From NCBI GenBank assembly GCA_041548245.1, contig JBFESZ010000012.1:1-34153 (forward strand): a stretch of 34,153 bases of DNA. The letters run 5' to 3'. Positions 17,767-26,742 of the stretch are shown in pieces. This DNA comes from Sulfurimonadaceae bacterium. Lineage in GTDB: Bacteria; Campylobacterota; Campylobacteria; Campylobacterales; Sulfurimonadaceae. Position numbers and translations under genes: made by a program. The notes beneath the pieces are model-generated. The model searched no databases. It was not told the DNA's origin and saw only the letters and a program-made list of their open reading frames with translations. Within the stretch, counting starts at the first letter, position 1, and each line of letters opens with the position of its first letter.

Positions 17767-19713
17767 ATGCAGAGCCTTAAAGAGTATTTGCCGCAAAGTG
17801 TAACGGAACTTACGCAGGAGATACTTGAACTCGAAACGGCCATTGTGCTGATCATTGACAAAAAAGTCGGTGTGATCGGTGCTAATACGGCATTTTACAA
17901 TATCCTTCCCTTTAGCTCGATGGATGACTTTACAAAAGCACACAAGGATATTTCTGAGTTATTCATAGAATCCAAGGATACACTATCTTCTGAAAAACCT
18001 TTTATATGGATATTTGAAGTCCTCAAATCACCTCATATGCAACACAGAGTGAAGATGCTTGATAGCAAAGGGGAAGAACATACCTTTGCTATCAAGGTTA
18101 AAGATGTTGTTGTCGAAGGAAAAAGTCTCTTTATTGTTCAGTTTGATGACATCACTGCTGTTGAAAAAGCAAAAAGAGCACAGCTCTACTTTGAAGAGTT
18201 CAAACAGAAGTTTTTGATGTCACTCTCACATGAGTTCAGGACACCGATGAACGGAATCCTTGGATTTTCAGAACTTCTTGCCCATACCGAAACGGACCGT
18301 ATTCAAAAAGAGTATATTGAGCTGATTACCCATTCCGCTCAGACGATGATGCATAATGTGGAAAACCTGTTGGAGTTAGCACAGATTGAAAGTGATCAAA
18401 TCAAGCTGAACGAGCAAAGTGTCGACTTGATATGGGCACTTGAGAACTTTTCCAAAGAGTTTGATGATGAAGCTAAAGCGAAAAACATACAACTGCTTTT
18501 TTATATCGATCCGCTGTTGCCTAAAAAGATCATACTGGATTTGGACAAGATCCTTAAAACCCTACGTAATCTTATCAAAAACGCAATTAAATATACTCCG
18601 GATAAGGGGCAGGTCTATGTTGAGATACGGGCCAATGATGTTGACAAGAAGGATATGGTACTTGTAGAGTATGCTGTAAGTGATACGGGTATCGGTATCG
18701 ATCATAATCGGCTTTCGACAATCATCAGACCTTTTGCTTCGGCTAAGGAAAATCAGAGCCGGGGGAAAGATGGACTGGGGGTTGGCCTTTCTGTTTGTTA
18801 TAAGTTAACGGAGATGATGCACTCCAAGCTTAAAGTCGCTACGGAAGTGGGAAAAGGAAGCCGTTTCAGTTTTTCTATTGAGCATGGCTGTACTCAGGAA
18901 AATAGCTTCGAGTTTGTCAAAGGCTCTCGTATGGCAATCTGGGCAGAAGACTATTATACGGTACTTTATTCAAAGCTTCTGAAAGAGTATCTGGAGCACT
19001 TTGGTGTTGAAGTGTTGGAAATAGATGGTCTGGTGAATAAAGAGTTACAGCATTGTGATGCTGTTTTTATCATAACTGATCATCTCTCCTCTTCGCGTAT
19101 TAAATCAATCCGATCACAATACAGAAACTTGCAGATTATACCGGTTATCAACCCGTTTCATGAGGAGAAGTTTCAAACAGTTATCGATGAGGTCGATGAT
19201 GTTGTGATGAAGCCACTTCTTCCTCACAGGATATATCAGGCACTTGATCTCATATGGAAAAAAGTCCCGTCTGAACTATTAAAGCATGTTGAACTCAAAC
19301 CTAAAAAACCGAAAAAAGAGTTCTTGGACTATACTATTCTTGTTGCGGAAGACAATCCGATAAACCTGAAGCTGATAGAGACACTTCTGACACAGTATAA
19401 ACTTAAAGTCAAAACTGTTGTAAACGGAAAAGAAGCTGTTGATGCTTATGATAAGGACAAAGGCATTGACCTTGTTCTTATGGATATCGACATGCCGGTT
19501 ATGGATGGGGTCACTGCAACACGTATGATCAAAGAGATAGACAAACGTGATTCTCGTAAACATACACCTGTGATAGCTTTGACGGCCCATGGCCTATCAG
19601 GTGACAGAGAGCGTATTATAAGTGCAGGGCTTGATGAACATCTTGCAAAACCGCTTGACCGTGCAAAATTGGAACTGCTTTTGAAAGAGTATCTCGATTT
19701 AGAGATGAATTAA
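17767..19713 (+). CDS. Second cytoplasmic hybrid sensor histidine kinase/response regulator, paralogue of the upstream gene
   Basis: SHEFRTPMN, NLIKNAIKYT, DTGIGI, GLGVGL, AEDN..LMDIDMP..LTA..AKP; same architecture, no TM helix. Confidence 0.92.
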   Translation: MQSLKEYLPQSVTELTQEILELETAIVLIIDKKVGVIGANTAFYNILPFSSMDDFTKAHKDISELFIESKDTLSSEKPFIWIFEVLKSPHMQHRVKMLDSKGEEHTFAIKVKDVVVEGKSLFIVQFDDITAVEKAKRAQLYFEEFKQKFLMSLSHEFRTPMNGILGFSELLAHTETDRIQKEYIELITHSAQTMMHNVENLLELAQIESDQIKLNEQSVDLIWALENFSKEFDDEAKAKNIQLLFYIDPLLPKKIILDLDKILKTLRNLIKNAIKYTPDKGQVYVEIRANDVDKKDMVLVEYAVSDTGIGIDHNRLSTIIRPFASAKENQSRGKDGLGVGLSVCYKLTEMMHSKLKVATEVGKGSRFSFSIEHGCTQENSFEFVKGSRMAIWAEDYYTVLYSKLLKEYLEHFGVEVLEIDGLVNKELQHCDAVFIITDHLSSSRIKSIRSQYRNLQIIPVINPFHEEKFQTVIDEVDDVVMKPLLPHRIYQALDLIWKKVPSELLKHVELKPKKPKKEFLDYTILVAEDNPINLKLIETLLTQYKLKVKTVVNGKEAVDAYDKDKGIDLVLMDIDMPVMDGVTATRMIKEIDKRDSRKHTPVIALTAHGLSGDRERIISAGLDEHLAKPLDRAKLELLLKEYLDLEMN

Positions 19714-19794
19714 TTAAGATTAAGTATATTCATATATAATTTAGTCGCTTATAAGAGAATAGATGAAGAACTTTAAACATATACAAGGAAAACA

Positions 19795-20625
19795 ATGAAA
19801 AAAGTGATTTTAGCAATTGCCGTGGCAAGTGCTGCATATGCAGGAACTGTTGTGACAGTCAATGGAAAAAAAATTACAGACCAAGAAGTCCAAGAGGTTT
19901 TAATGCAAGGAACACAAGGACGTTTTGATCAACTTCCAGCCGAAAAAAAAGAGGAACTTTCTCAACGTGTTATAGATGGACTGATCTCACAAGAGCTTGT
20001 TTACACGGATGCTAAGAAGCAGGGTGTTTTAGAAAGTACAGAGTATAAAAGCGAATTGGCAAAGGTAATGGAGCGCATTCAGGTACAGTTGGCTTCAAAG
20101 GTATGGGAACAGCGTGAATTTGATAAGATCAAGGTCAACGAAAAAGATGTAAAAGCCTATTTCAAAGCTAATCCTGAAGAGTTCAGTGAAAAAGAAAAAG
20201 TACGTGCAAGTCATATTCTGTTAAAGACAGAAGCTGAAGCGAATGAAGTGACAAAAGAATTGTCTGGGCTTAAAAACGGTGCATTGAATGCAAAGTTCGC
20301 TGAACTTGCAAAATCAAAGTCGACAGGACCAAGCGGACCAAAAGGCGGGGATCTTGGATTTTTTGGTCAGGGACAGATGGTGCCTGCATTCAATGATGCT
20401 GTTTTTGCTATGAAAAAGGGTGAATTGACTAAAAAACCTGTCAAGACACAGTTCGGTTACCATGTCATTCTGGTGACAGACAAGCAGGATGCTAAGAATC
20501 TTTCATACGGCGAGGTTAAAGGTTTTATCGAACAAAAGCTTAAGGTAGAGGCTTTTAAGGAGCAGATGCAGGCAAAGATGCAAGAGCTTAAAAAGAACGC
20601 AAAAATCGTTTTTACTAAAAAGTAG
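19795..20625 (+). CDS. Periplasmic parvulin-type peptidyl-prolyl isomerase/chaperone (PEB4/Cbf2-like)
   Basis: Signal peptide, VTVNGKKIT, ASHIL, FAELAK..S, GGDLGFF, MVPAF, KTQFGYHVI; AAGGA RBS. Confidence 0.92.
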   Translation: MKKVILAIAVASAAYAGTVVTVNGKKITDQEVQEVLMQGTQGRFDQLPAEKKEELSQRVIDGLISQELVYTDAKKQGVLESTEYKSELAKVMERIQVQLASKVWEQREFDKIKVNEKDVKAYFKANPEEFSEKEKVRASHILLKTEAEANEVTKELSGLKNGALNAKFAELAKSKSTGPSGPKGGDLGFFGQGQMVPAFNDAVFAMKKGELTKKPVKTQFGYHVILVTDKQDAKNLSYGEVKGFIEQKLKVEAFKEQMQAKMQELKKNAKIVFTKK

Positions 20626-20633
20626 TCTCTTTC

Positions 20634-21512
20634 ATGCTGCCTTCTAGGATTGACAGGGTTCAATTCAGAGGACGCACAGTCTATGTCAAACGTGACGACC
20701 TGATAGACACCTGTCTTTCAGGAAACAAATATCGAAAACTCTTTTCACTTATTCAAATCCCTTCAAATAAATACAGTAAAGTCATCTCCTATGGTGGTGG
20801 ACAATCCAATGCGATGCTGGCGATTGCCTGCTTATGCCGTTCAAAGGGTTGGGAATTTCATTATTATACAAAAAGTTTACCCAAACGCATTAAAAGTGAA
20901 GTGGAAGGGAATCTAGAGCTGGCTCTTAAGGAGGGGATGATAGTTCACGAAGTAGAGCATGAGTTATTTTCCCAAAAGATAGATGAACTAAAAAACTTGA
21001 AAGAAGACAAAATGCTTCTTATCTCCCAAGGGGGTGCCGATGAAATGGCCAAAGAGGGTATCTATGAGCTGGCAGAAGAGATCAACAAATGGAGAGAAGA
21101 AAATCAGTTTGAACACCTCTGCGTCGTTCTTCCAAGTGGGACTGGAACGACAGCTTTGTATCTCAATGAAGCACTCGATGATAAGATAACTATCTATACC
21201 TCGGTCTTGATAGGAGATGAAAACTACCAGTTAGAGCAGTGGCAAAGACTCTCAAATGAACCTTATCCCAAAGTTTTTCCCAGAAAGAAGAAGCTAAGGT
21301 TCGCCAAGCCTTATGATGAGCACTTACAGATATACCAAGAACTTTATAATGCTACAGGAATTGTATTTGATCTGATCTATGCACCACAAACATGGATTGA
21401 GTTATGCGAAAATCTTGATAGGAACGAAAATATACTCTATATCCATACGGGCGGCGTAAGCGGGAATGAAACAATGCTAGAGCGCTATAGGTATAAGAAA
21501 GATAAGCAATAA
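20634..21512 (+). CDS. PLP enzyme of the ACC deaminase/D-cysteine desulfhydrase family
   Basis: KRDD, SGNKYRK (PLP Lys), SYGG.QSN, SGTGTT, DLIY, IHTGG. Confidence 0.85.
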   Translation: MLPSRIDRVQFRGRTVYVKRDDLIDTCLSGNKYRKLFSLIQIPSNKYSKVISYGGGQSNAMLAIACLCRSKGWEFHYYTKSLPKRIKSEVEGNLELALKEGMIVHEVEHELFSQKIDELKNLKEDKMLLISQGGADEMAKEGIYELAEEINKWREENQFEHLCVVLPSGTGTTALYLNEALDDKITIYTSVLIGDENYQLEQWQRLSNEPYPKVFPRKKKLRFAKPYDEHLQIYQELYNATGIVFDLIYAPQTWIELCENLDRNENILYIHTGGVSGNETMLERYRYKKDKQ

Positions 21513-21566
21513 TAATATATTTATACTCTTTTTTTATTGTTTTGTGATATCCATAAGACGAAAGTC

Positions 21567-21575
21567 TGCTACAAT
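21567..21575 (+). promoter_or_regulatory. Extended -10 (TGcTACAAT) for the EF-hand gene
   Basis: TGnTAnAAT 28 nt upstream of ATG 21604. Confidence 0.6.
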
Positions 21576-21603
21576 ATAAGCAAATCAATCAAAAGGGTTT
21601 ACG

Positions 21604-21894
21604 ATGAAATATGCATGGATACTAATAGCTGTACTAGTCAGTGCTGTAATGGCGGCAGGGCAAGGACGTGATATGCCTTCTTTCTCTTTTTTTGACACCG
21701 ATTCAGACGGGAAAATAAGCCAAAAAGAGCTGAATGACGGAAGAGAAAAACGACATGCTAAAAAAGCAAAGGAAGGAAAGATGCTAAGAAATACACAAAA
21801 CGCACCATCATTTGCGGAGTTTGATACAAATGGGGATGGTTTTATTTCAAAAGAAGAGTTCAAGGCGCATCAAAAAGCTAGACGCGCGCAGTAG
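21604..21894 (+). CDS. Secreted EF-hand calcium-binding protein
   Basis: Signal peptide; two canonical 12-residue loops DTDSDGKISQKE and DTNGDGFISKEE. Confidence 0.85.
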   Translation: MKYAWILIAVLVSAVMAAGQGRDMPSFSFFDTDSDGKISQKELNDGREKRHAKKAKEGKMLRNTQNAPSFAEFDTNGDGFISKEEFKAHQKARRAQ

Positions 21895-21910
21895 CCCTTG
21901 ATAAACAGGA

Positions 21911-22984
21911 CTAGTTACGATCTATGGCATTTAGATCTTTAAATGCCCCGATCACGCGTGCAACCAGTGTTTCTTGACCTGCACGGAGCCATTTCCGAGG
22001 ATCGTAATATTTTTTATTAGGCTTGTCTTCACCTTCCGGATTTCCGATTTGCCCCTGCATATAATCTTTATACTTCTCATAGTAGGCTTTAGTACCTTCC
22101 CATGTCGCCCACTGTGTATCTGTATCGATGTTCATCTTTACAACACCATAACTAAGTGCTTCGGCTATCTCTTCAGGAGATGATCCCGAGCCACCATGAA
22201 ATACAAAGTCAACCGGTTTTTCGTCCGTATTGTATTTTTCCTGGATGAATTTTTGAGAGTTGTCAAGGATCTTCGGCGTTAATGTCACGTTACCCGGTTT
22301 ATAGACTCCATGTACATTACCAAATGATGCCGCAATAGTAAATGCATTGGAGACTTTGCTTAGCTCTTCATAGGCATAGGCTACTTCTTCAGGTTGGGTA
22401 TAAAGCAGTGCATTGTCAATATTAGTGTTGTCGACACCGTCTTCCTCTCCTCCTGTCACGCCCAGTTCGATTTCGATTGTCATACCGATTTTGGCCATGC
22501 GTTTGAAATATTCAACACAGGTAGCGATGTTCTCTTCCAGCGGCTCTTCAGAAAGGTCAAGCATATGCGAAGAGTAAAGAGGTTTTCCCTCTTTTTTGTA
22601 AAACTCTTCTCCGGCATCTAAAAGCGCATCGATCCATGGAAGTAGTTTACGTGCAGCGTGGTCTGTGTGAAGGATAACGGGTATACCGTAAGCTTCAGCC
22701 ATTGCATGAACATGTTTCGCACCAGAAATAGCACCGGCAATGGCCGCTTTTTCATCCTCATTGCTTAGGCCTTTGCCTGCATAATATGACGCTCCGCCGT
22801 TTGAGAACTGGATGATAACTGGAGAATTGGCTTTGGCCGCAGCTTCCAAGACACCGTTGATAGAGTCCGTTCCTACTACATTAACAGCTGGAAGGGCGAA
22901 GCCTTCGGTTTTTGCGATAGCATATAGTTTTTGAATATCTTCTCCATGCAACACACCCGGTTTAACAGCATCTAGTACTTTCAT
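21911..22984 (-). CDS. fbaA: Class II fructose-bisphosphate aldolase
   Basis: HTDHAA, SSHMLDLSEE, ELGVTGGEEDG, FGNVHGVY, FHGGSGS, KMNIDTD, YYDPR. AGGA spacing favours ATG 22984. Confidence 0.98.
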   Translation of the reverse strand: MKVLDAVKPGVLHGEDIQKLYAIAKTEGFALPAVNVVGTDSINGVLEAAAKANSPVIIQFSNGGASYYAGKGLSNEDEKAAIAGAISGAKHVHAMAEAYGIPVILHTDHAARKLLPWIDALLDAGEEFYKKEGKPLYSSHMLDLSEEPLEENIATCVEYFKRMAKIGMTIEIELGVTGGEEDGVDNTNIDNALLYTQPEEVAYAYEELSKVSNAFTIAASFGNVHGVYKPGNVTLTPKILDNSQKFIQEKYNTDEKPVDFVFHGGSGSSPEEIAEALSYGVVKMNIDTDTQWATWEGTKAYYEKYKDYMQGQIGNPEGEDKPNKKYYDPRKWLRAGQETLVARVIGAFKDLNAIDRN

Positions 22985-23012
22985 TGACAATCCTATTTAT
23001 TATATTGACGGA

Positions 23013-23021
23013 ATTATAACA
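23013..23021 (-). promoter_or_regulatory. Extended -10 (TGtTATAAT) for fbaA
   Basis: Exact TGnTATAAT 28 nt upstream of the start codon. Confidence 0.7.
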
Positions 23022-23062
23022 AATTTAGGTATTATTTTTAGTATAAAATATCAAGGAAAACC

Positions 23063-23959
23063 ATGTCTCTAGATCTAAGTCAATGTTTGGTTATAGGAAT
23101 TTCATCGCGCGCTCTTTTTGACTTGGAGGATGAAAATGATATCTTTAATAAGCGTGGTATTGATGTCTATCGGCAACATCAGTTAGATAATGAGACAAAG
23201 ATATTAAAGCAGGGAACGGCCTTTCATCTTGTTGAGGCTTTGTTAAAACTTAATGAGCTTTCAGGAAAAAAACTGGTTGAAGTCATTGTCATGTCACGAA
23301 ATTCGCCTGACACGGGCTTAAGAGTATTCAAATCCATAGAGCATTACGGTCTAGAAATTACCAGAGCGGCATTTTCCGGCGGGGAGAATCTTTCGGATTA
23401 TCTGGAAGCTTTTACGGTAGATCTGTTTTTATCAAAGTCTGAAGAAGATGTGCAGTTGGCGATTGACAGTGGATGTGCAGCTGCTATTTTATATGCTCCG
23501 CCCAAAGAGATCGATATGTCAAAGCAGATCCGCATCGCTTTTGATGCGGATGCAGTCATCTTTTCGGAGCAGTCCGAACATATCTATAAGACACAAGGAC
23601 TGGATGCCTTTTTGGAACATGAAAAAGAGAATGTCAATAAGCCTTTGCCTGAGGGGCCTTTTGCAAAACTGCTTAAGACACTCTCTTTCTTACAGTCACA
23701 ATTTGAAAACTCTCCTATTCGTTTGGCTATCGTAACAGCTCGAAACTCACCTGCCCATGAAAGGGTCGTCCAAACCTTGCGAACATGGAATGTTCATGTT
23801 GATGAAGCCTTTTTTTTGGGAGGTCTATCAAAAGATCAGATACTTAAAGCATATAAGGCACATATCTTTTTTGATGATCAGGATACTCATCTAGAAGATA
23901 CTTCAAAGGTCGTACCGTCGGGAAAGGTCCCATACAAGACAGGATCTCCATTAAAGTAG
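23063..23959 (+). CDS. 5'-nucleotidase (cN-I-like bacterial family)
   Basis: ISSRALFDL, SRNSPDTGLR, RIAFDADAVIF, GPF, VTAR..PAHER, FLGG, FFDDQ. Confidence 0.9.
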   Translation: MSLDLSQCLVIGISSRALFDLEDENDIFNKRGIDVYRQHQLDNETKILKQGTAFHLVEALLKLNELSGKKLVEVIVMSRNSPDTGLRVFKSIEHYGLEITRAAFSGGENLSDYLEAFTVDLFLSKSEEDVQLAIDSGCAAAILYAPPKEIDMSKQIRIAFDADAVIFSEQSEHIYKTQGLDAFLEHEKENVNKPLPEGPFAKLLKTLSFLQSQFENSPIRLAIVTARNSPAHERVVQTLRTWNVHVDEAFFLGGLSKDQILKAYKAHIFFDDQDTHLEDTSKVVPSGKVPYKTGSPLK

Positions 23960-23965
23960 AATAAG

Positions 23966-25345
23966 ATGAGAAGGTACCTGCTCCTTTTTTTTCACCTCTT
24001 TGTATTCGCTCAGGTTCCTCAGGCTTATAAGGATTTAGGGGAAGCTATGCAAAAGGAAGTGCCCCTGTTTCAAGCACTTGCACAAGAACCGCGTTTCAAT
24101 GACCATCAAGACCAATTTGAGCTTTACATGAAAGAGCTTGAGACAGCATTCTCTCTTGGAAATAGACTAGATGAGGAGATTGCGCGTATCGGTAAGAATG
24201 AAGAGTCTCTTAGGAAGGATTATCTGAATGCTTTACGCACACTTCAAATGGAAAGAAAAACTTTAAAGGAACTTTATTATCAGGAAGTGTTGTCCTCCAT
24301 AAAAAGAAAAGATACGGGTTATCTTCTTTTTCTTCTTGACAATGCACAGATGCTCATTGATGAGAACAGCCGGTTAAAGTCACAAGTGATCAGTTATGCC
24401 AGTGACAATATTAAATTAAAACAGCACAAGGTAATCTTGACCTACCAGGAAGAGAAAGAATTGGATGAACGCTCTTACGCCTTTGCGCAAAAGATGCAAG
24501 AGGAGTACAAAGCTTATCAAAAAGTCTTACGTGAACAAGAGGCTTTGAAGTTACGTTCACTTCTGGTATCGAAGAAAAAAGGGGGAGTTATTGTTTATGC
24601 TGAAGAAGCAAAAGGAAACATAACCTTTGTTATCGAGAACCTTTTTGAGATGCATGTGAGTGCGACGTTGTATATCAATGATATCAGCGGATATGTCTCA
24701 GAAGAGACTCTGCCTTATAAAGTTGTCTTGAAACCAAAAGAGAGAAGGAAGATCGTAAATCTTGTCAACATCAGTAAGAAAAAAGAAGTGGGAAATTTTA
24801 CATCACACATCTCATGGGCAAAGGGTGCTGTTAATGCTATGGAAGATAAAAGTTTTCTCTATGCCTTGCCTTTTCATGAGAGTTTTGAAGTCTCTCAGGG
24901 GTTTAATGGAAGAACTTCGCATCAAGGAAGATCACAATATGCGGTTGATTTTGCCATGCCGATCGGTACACCTGTGTATGCAGCCCGGGGTGGAAAAATC
25001 GTAGAGATTGTTCAGCATCATGATCAACATGGTACGAGTCAAACAATGCGGCAGTATGCCAATTATGTAATCATCGAGCATGATGATAAAACACTAGGAA
25101 GATATTTTCATCTAAAACATCAAGGTGTCAAAGTTAAACTGGGACAAACAGTAAAGAGAGGAGAATTAATAGCGCTTTCTGGGAATACAGGAAGGACATC
25201 GGGTGCACATTTGCATTTTGTTGTGACCAAAGCAGAGGAGTCAGGAAACGAGTATAACTCAGTTAGCATCCCCATTAAATTCAAATGCAAGGAAGGTATC
25301 GTAGACAATCCCATTAAGGGCTACAGTTACTGCTATGTAAAATGA
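23966..25345 (+). CDS. Exported M23-family metallopeptidase with a long N-terminal helical extension
   Basis: Signal peptide; C-terminal SQGFNG..SH..YAVDF, GTPVYAARGG, YFHL, SGNTGRTSGAHLHF. Confidence 0.85.
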   Translation: MRRYLLLFFHLFVFAQVPQAYKDLGEAMQKEVPLFQALAQEPRFNDHQDQFELYMKELETAFSLGNRLDEEIARIGKNEESLRKDYLNALRTLQMERKTLKELYYQEVLSSIKRKDTGYLLFLLDNAQMLIDENSRLKSQVISYASDNIKLKQHKVILTYQEEKELDERSYAFAQKMQEEYKAYQKVLREQEALKLRSLLVSKKKGGVIVYAEEAKGNITFVIENLFEMHVSATLYINDISGYVSEETLPYKVVLKPKERRKIVNLVNISKKKEVGNFTSHISWAKGAVNAMEDKSFLYALPFHESFEVSQGFNGRTSHQGRSQYAVDFAMPIGTPVYAARGGKIVEIVQHHDQHGTSQTMRQYANYVIIEHDDKTLGRYFHLKHQGVKVKLGQTVKRGELIALSGNTGRTSGAHLHFVVTKAEESGNEYNSVSIPIKFKCKEGIVDNPIKGYSYCYVK

Positions 25346-25638
25346 ATGGCGAGCCAGATAGTTGGTGCGCTTGTGTAGGTTACCTTGTGTTTTTTCATCT
25401 TGGGGATATGAATATATTCTCCTTTGACAAGATGAACACTGCGTTTTTCCTCTTCAAACAAAATACTACCTTCTCCTTCAAGCACTACAACCCATTCATC
25501 CCTCTTTTGTTCATACCATTCATCAGACACCTGTCCGTTAGACGTTATTTTTTCAATATGAAGAGTTTTTGTCTTTAAAAGTGTGTCAAATTGTTCTTTC
25601 GTCGTATCTGACGAATTTACTTCGAAGAGGTTTGTCAT
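25333..25638 (-). CDS. Small cupin-domain protein
   Basis: IEKITSNGQ..WYEQ..DEWVVVLEG..G.YIHIP..KHKV.YT..TIWLAI. An AAGGA RBS supports ATG 25638 rather than 25752. Confidence 0.85.
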   Translation of the reverse strand: MTNLFEVNSSDTTKEQFDTLLKTKTLHIEKITSNGQVSDEWYEQKRDEWVVVLEGEGSILFEEEKRSVHLVKGEYIHIPKMKKHKVTYTSAPTIWLAIHFT

Positions 25639-25675
25639 AAGGTATCCTTGATATGCATTATCTGTGTATTTCAAG

Positions 25676-25684
25676 AGTATATCA
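25676..25684 (-). promoter_or_regulatory. Extended -10 (TGaTATACT) for the cupin gene
   Basis: TGnTAnnnT in the 100-bp gap upstream of ATG 25638. Confidence 0.5.
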
Positions 25685-25738
25685 TTTTTATAAAAGAGTG
25701 AGATACTGAGTAAATATCGGTTGTGTAGCGGAGGTCTA

Positions 25739-26602
25739 TTAGGGAAGATCAATACTTAAAAGGTCTTCTGCCCAGATTATTTGGCCATGGTAGACTTTCT
25801 GGATGATTTCAGTACTTTCTTTTTCTACTCCATAAGTGCGTTTCATACGGTGAGATAGAACCAGCCTCTTTGGTTTTGAAACAGAGACGACTTGGGCAAT
25901 CCGTTCTGGTGTCATATGTAAGTCCCTGGCACGAATATATCCATGTTGTGGTATGGCATGGTGGGCGATCAAAAGATCTGCATTTTTAGAGAGTTTCTCC
26001 AAGGCTCTACTTTGGGCTGTGGTGTCCGCGCTAAAGACGATGCTTTTTCCCTCTATCTCTATCCTATACGCTAGAGTCGGCGCAATACCGTGCTTGACAG
26101 CAACAGCCGCAAGTTTGAATGCATTGAACTGAAAGTGGGCACTCGAATTTATTTCATTGGTCGTAATAGAAAACGATTCGCTTTGTTCACCTAATATATC
26201 TGACATATATCGATAAGCTCCGTTCTCTCCAAATTGCAGATTAATGTATTCGTTGAAGCCTGGAAAGTATTCATTTCCGCTTGGACCTATAAGTGGCAAG
26301 GCTCGGGAACGCTCGGAAAAGTATCCAGCTTTCATCAGGGCCGGAAGGTCAACAACATGATCGATATGCATATGCGTGACCAATACAGCTTCAAGGTCTT
26401 CTATTTTTGCTTTGGCTTGGGAAAAACGCAAAAACGCACCGCCGCCAAAATCGATCAGTACAAGGGCTTTACCATCTTTTTTGATCAGGTAGGATGCCGA
26501 AGCACGCTGTGTTGTTTCAGGTCCGCCTGAACCGAGGATCTGAACAGAAATAACTGAAGCTGTCAGCCAAAAAGGAAAAAGCAGTAAAAAAAGTGGTTTC
26601 AT
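25739..26602 (-). CDS. Secreted MBL-fold metallo-hydrolase (RNase Z/arylsulfatase-like)
   Basis: Signal peptide, LGSGGP, DFGGG, THMHIDH (HxHxDH), KHG, SADT, HMTP, LVLSH. Confidence 0.88.
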   Translation of the reverse strand: MKPLFLLLFPFWLTASVISVQILGSGGPETTQRASASYLIKKDGKALVLIDFGGGAFLRFSQAKAKIEDLEAVLVTHMHIDHVVDLPALMKAGYFSERSRALPLIGPSGNEYFPGFNEYINLQFGENGAYRYMSDILGEQSESFSITTNEINSSAHFQFNAFKLAAVAVKHGIAPTLAYRIEIEGKSIVFSADTTAQSRALEKLSKNADLLIAHHAIPQHGYIRARDLHMTPERIAQVVSVSKPKRLVLSHRMKRTYGVEKESTEIIQKVYHGQIIWAEDLLSIDLP

Positions 26603-26619
26603 ATGTATTCCTTCTCTTT

Positions 26620-26628
26620 ATTATACCA
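26620..26628 (-). promoter_or_regulatory. Extended -10 (TGgTATAAT) for the MBL hydrolase
   Basis: Exact TGnTATAAT followed by an AAGGA RBS. Confidence 0.7.
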
Positions 26629-26713
26629 GTCAAAATGTGTAATTGATGTGCGTTATATCGCATTAGAACAATAAAATATTTTATTTGTAAAAAACACATT
26701 ATCTAGTTTTGGC

Positions 26714-26719
26714 TATAAT
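26714..26719 (+). promoter_or_regulatory. -10 box (gcTATAAT) for hisD
   Basis: gnTATAAT 23 nt upstream of ATG 26743. Confidence 0.6.
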
Positions 26720-26742
26720 CACGATAATTATTTATAGAAGGT

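Noticed and set aside
25639..25752. Cupin N-terminal extension overlapping the MBL gene
   Set aside because: The RBS and -10 box point to ATG 25638.
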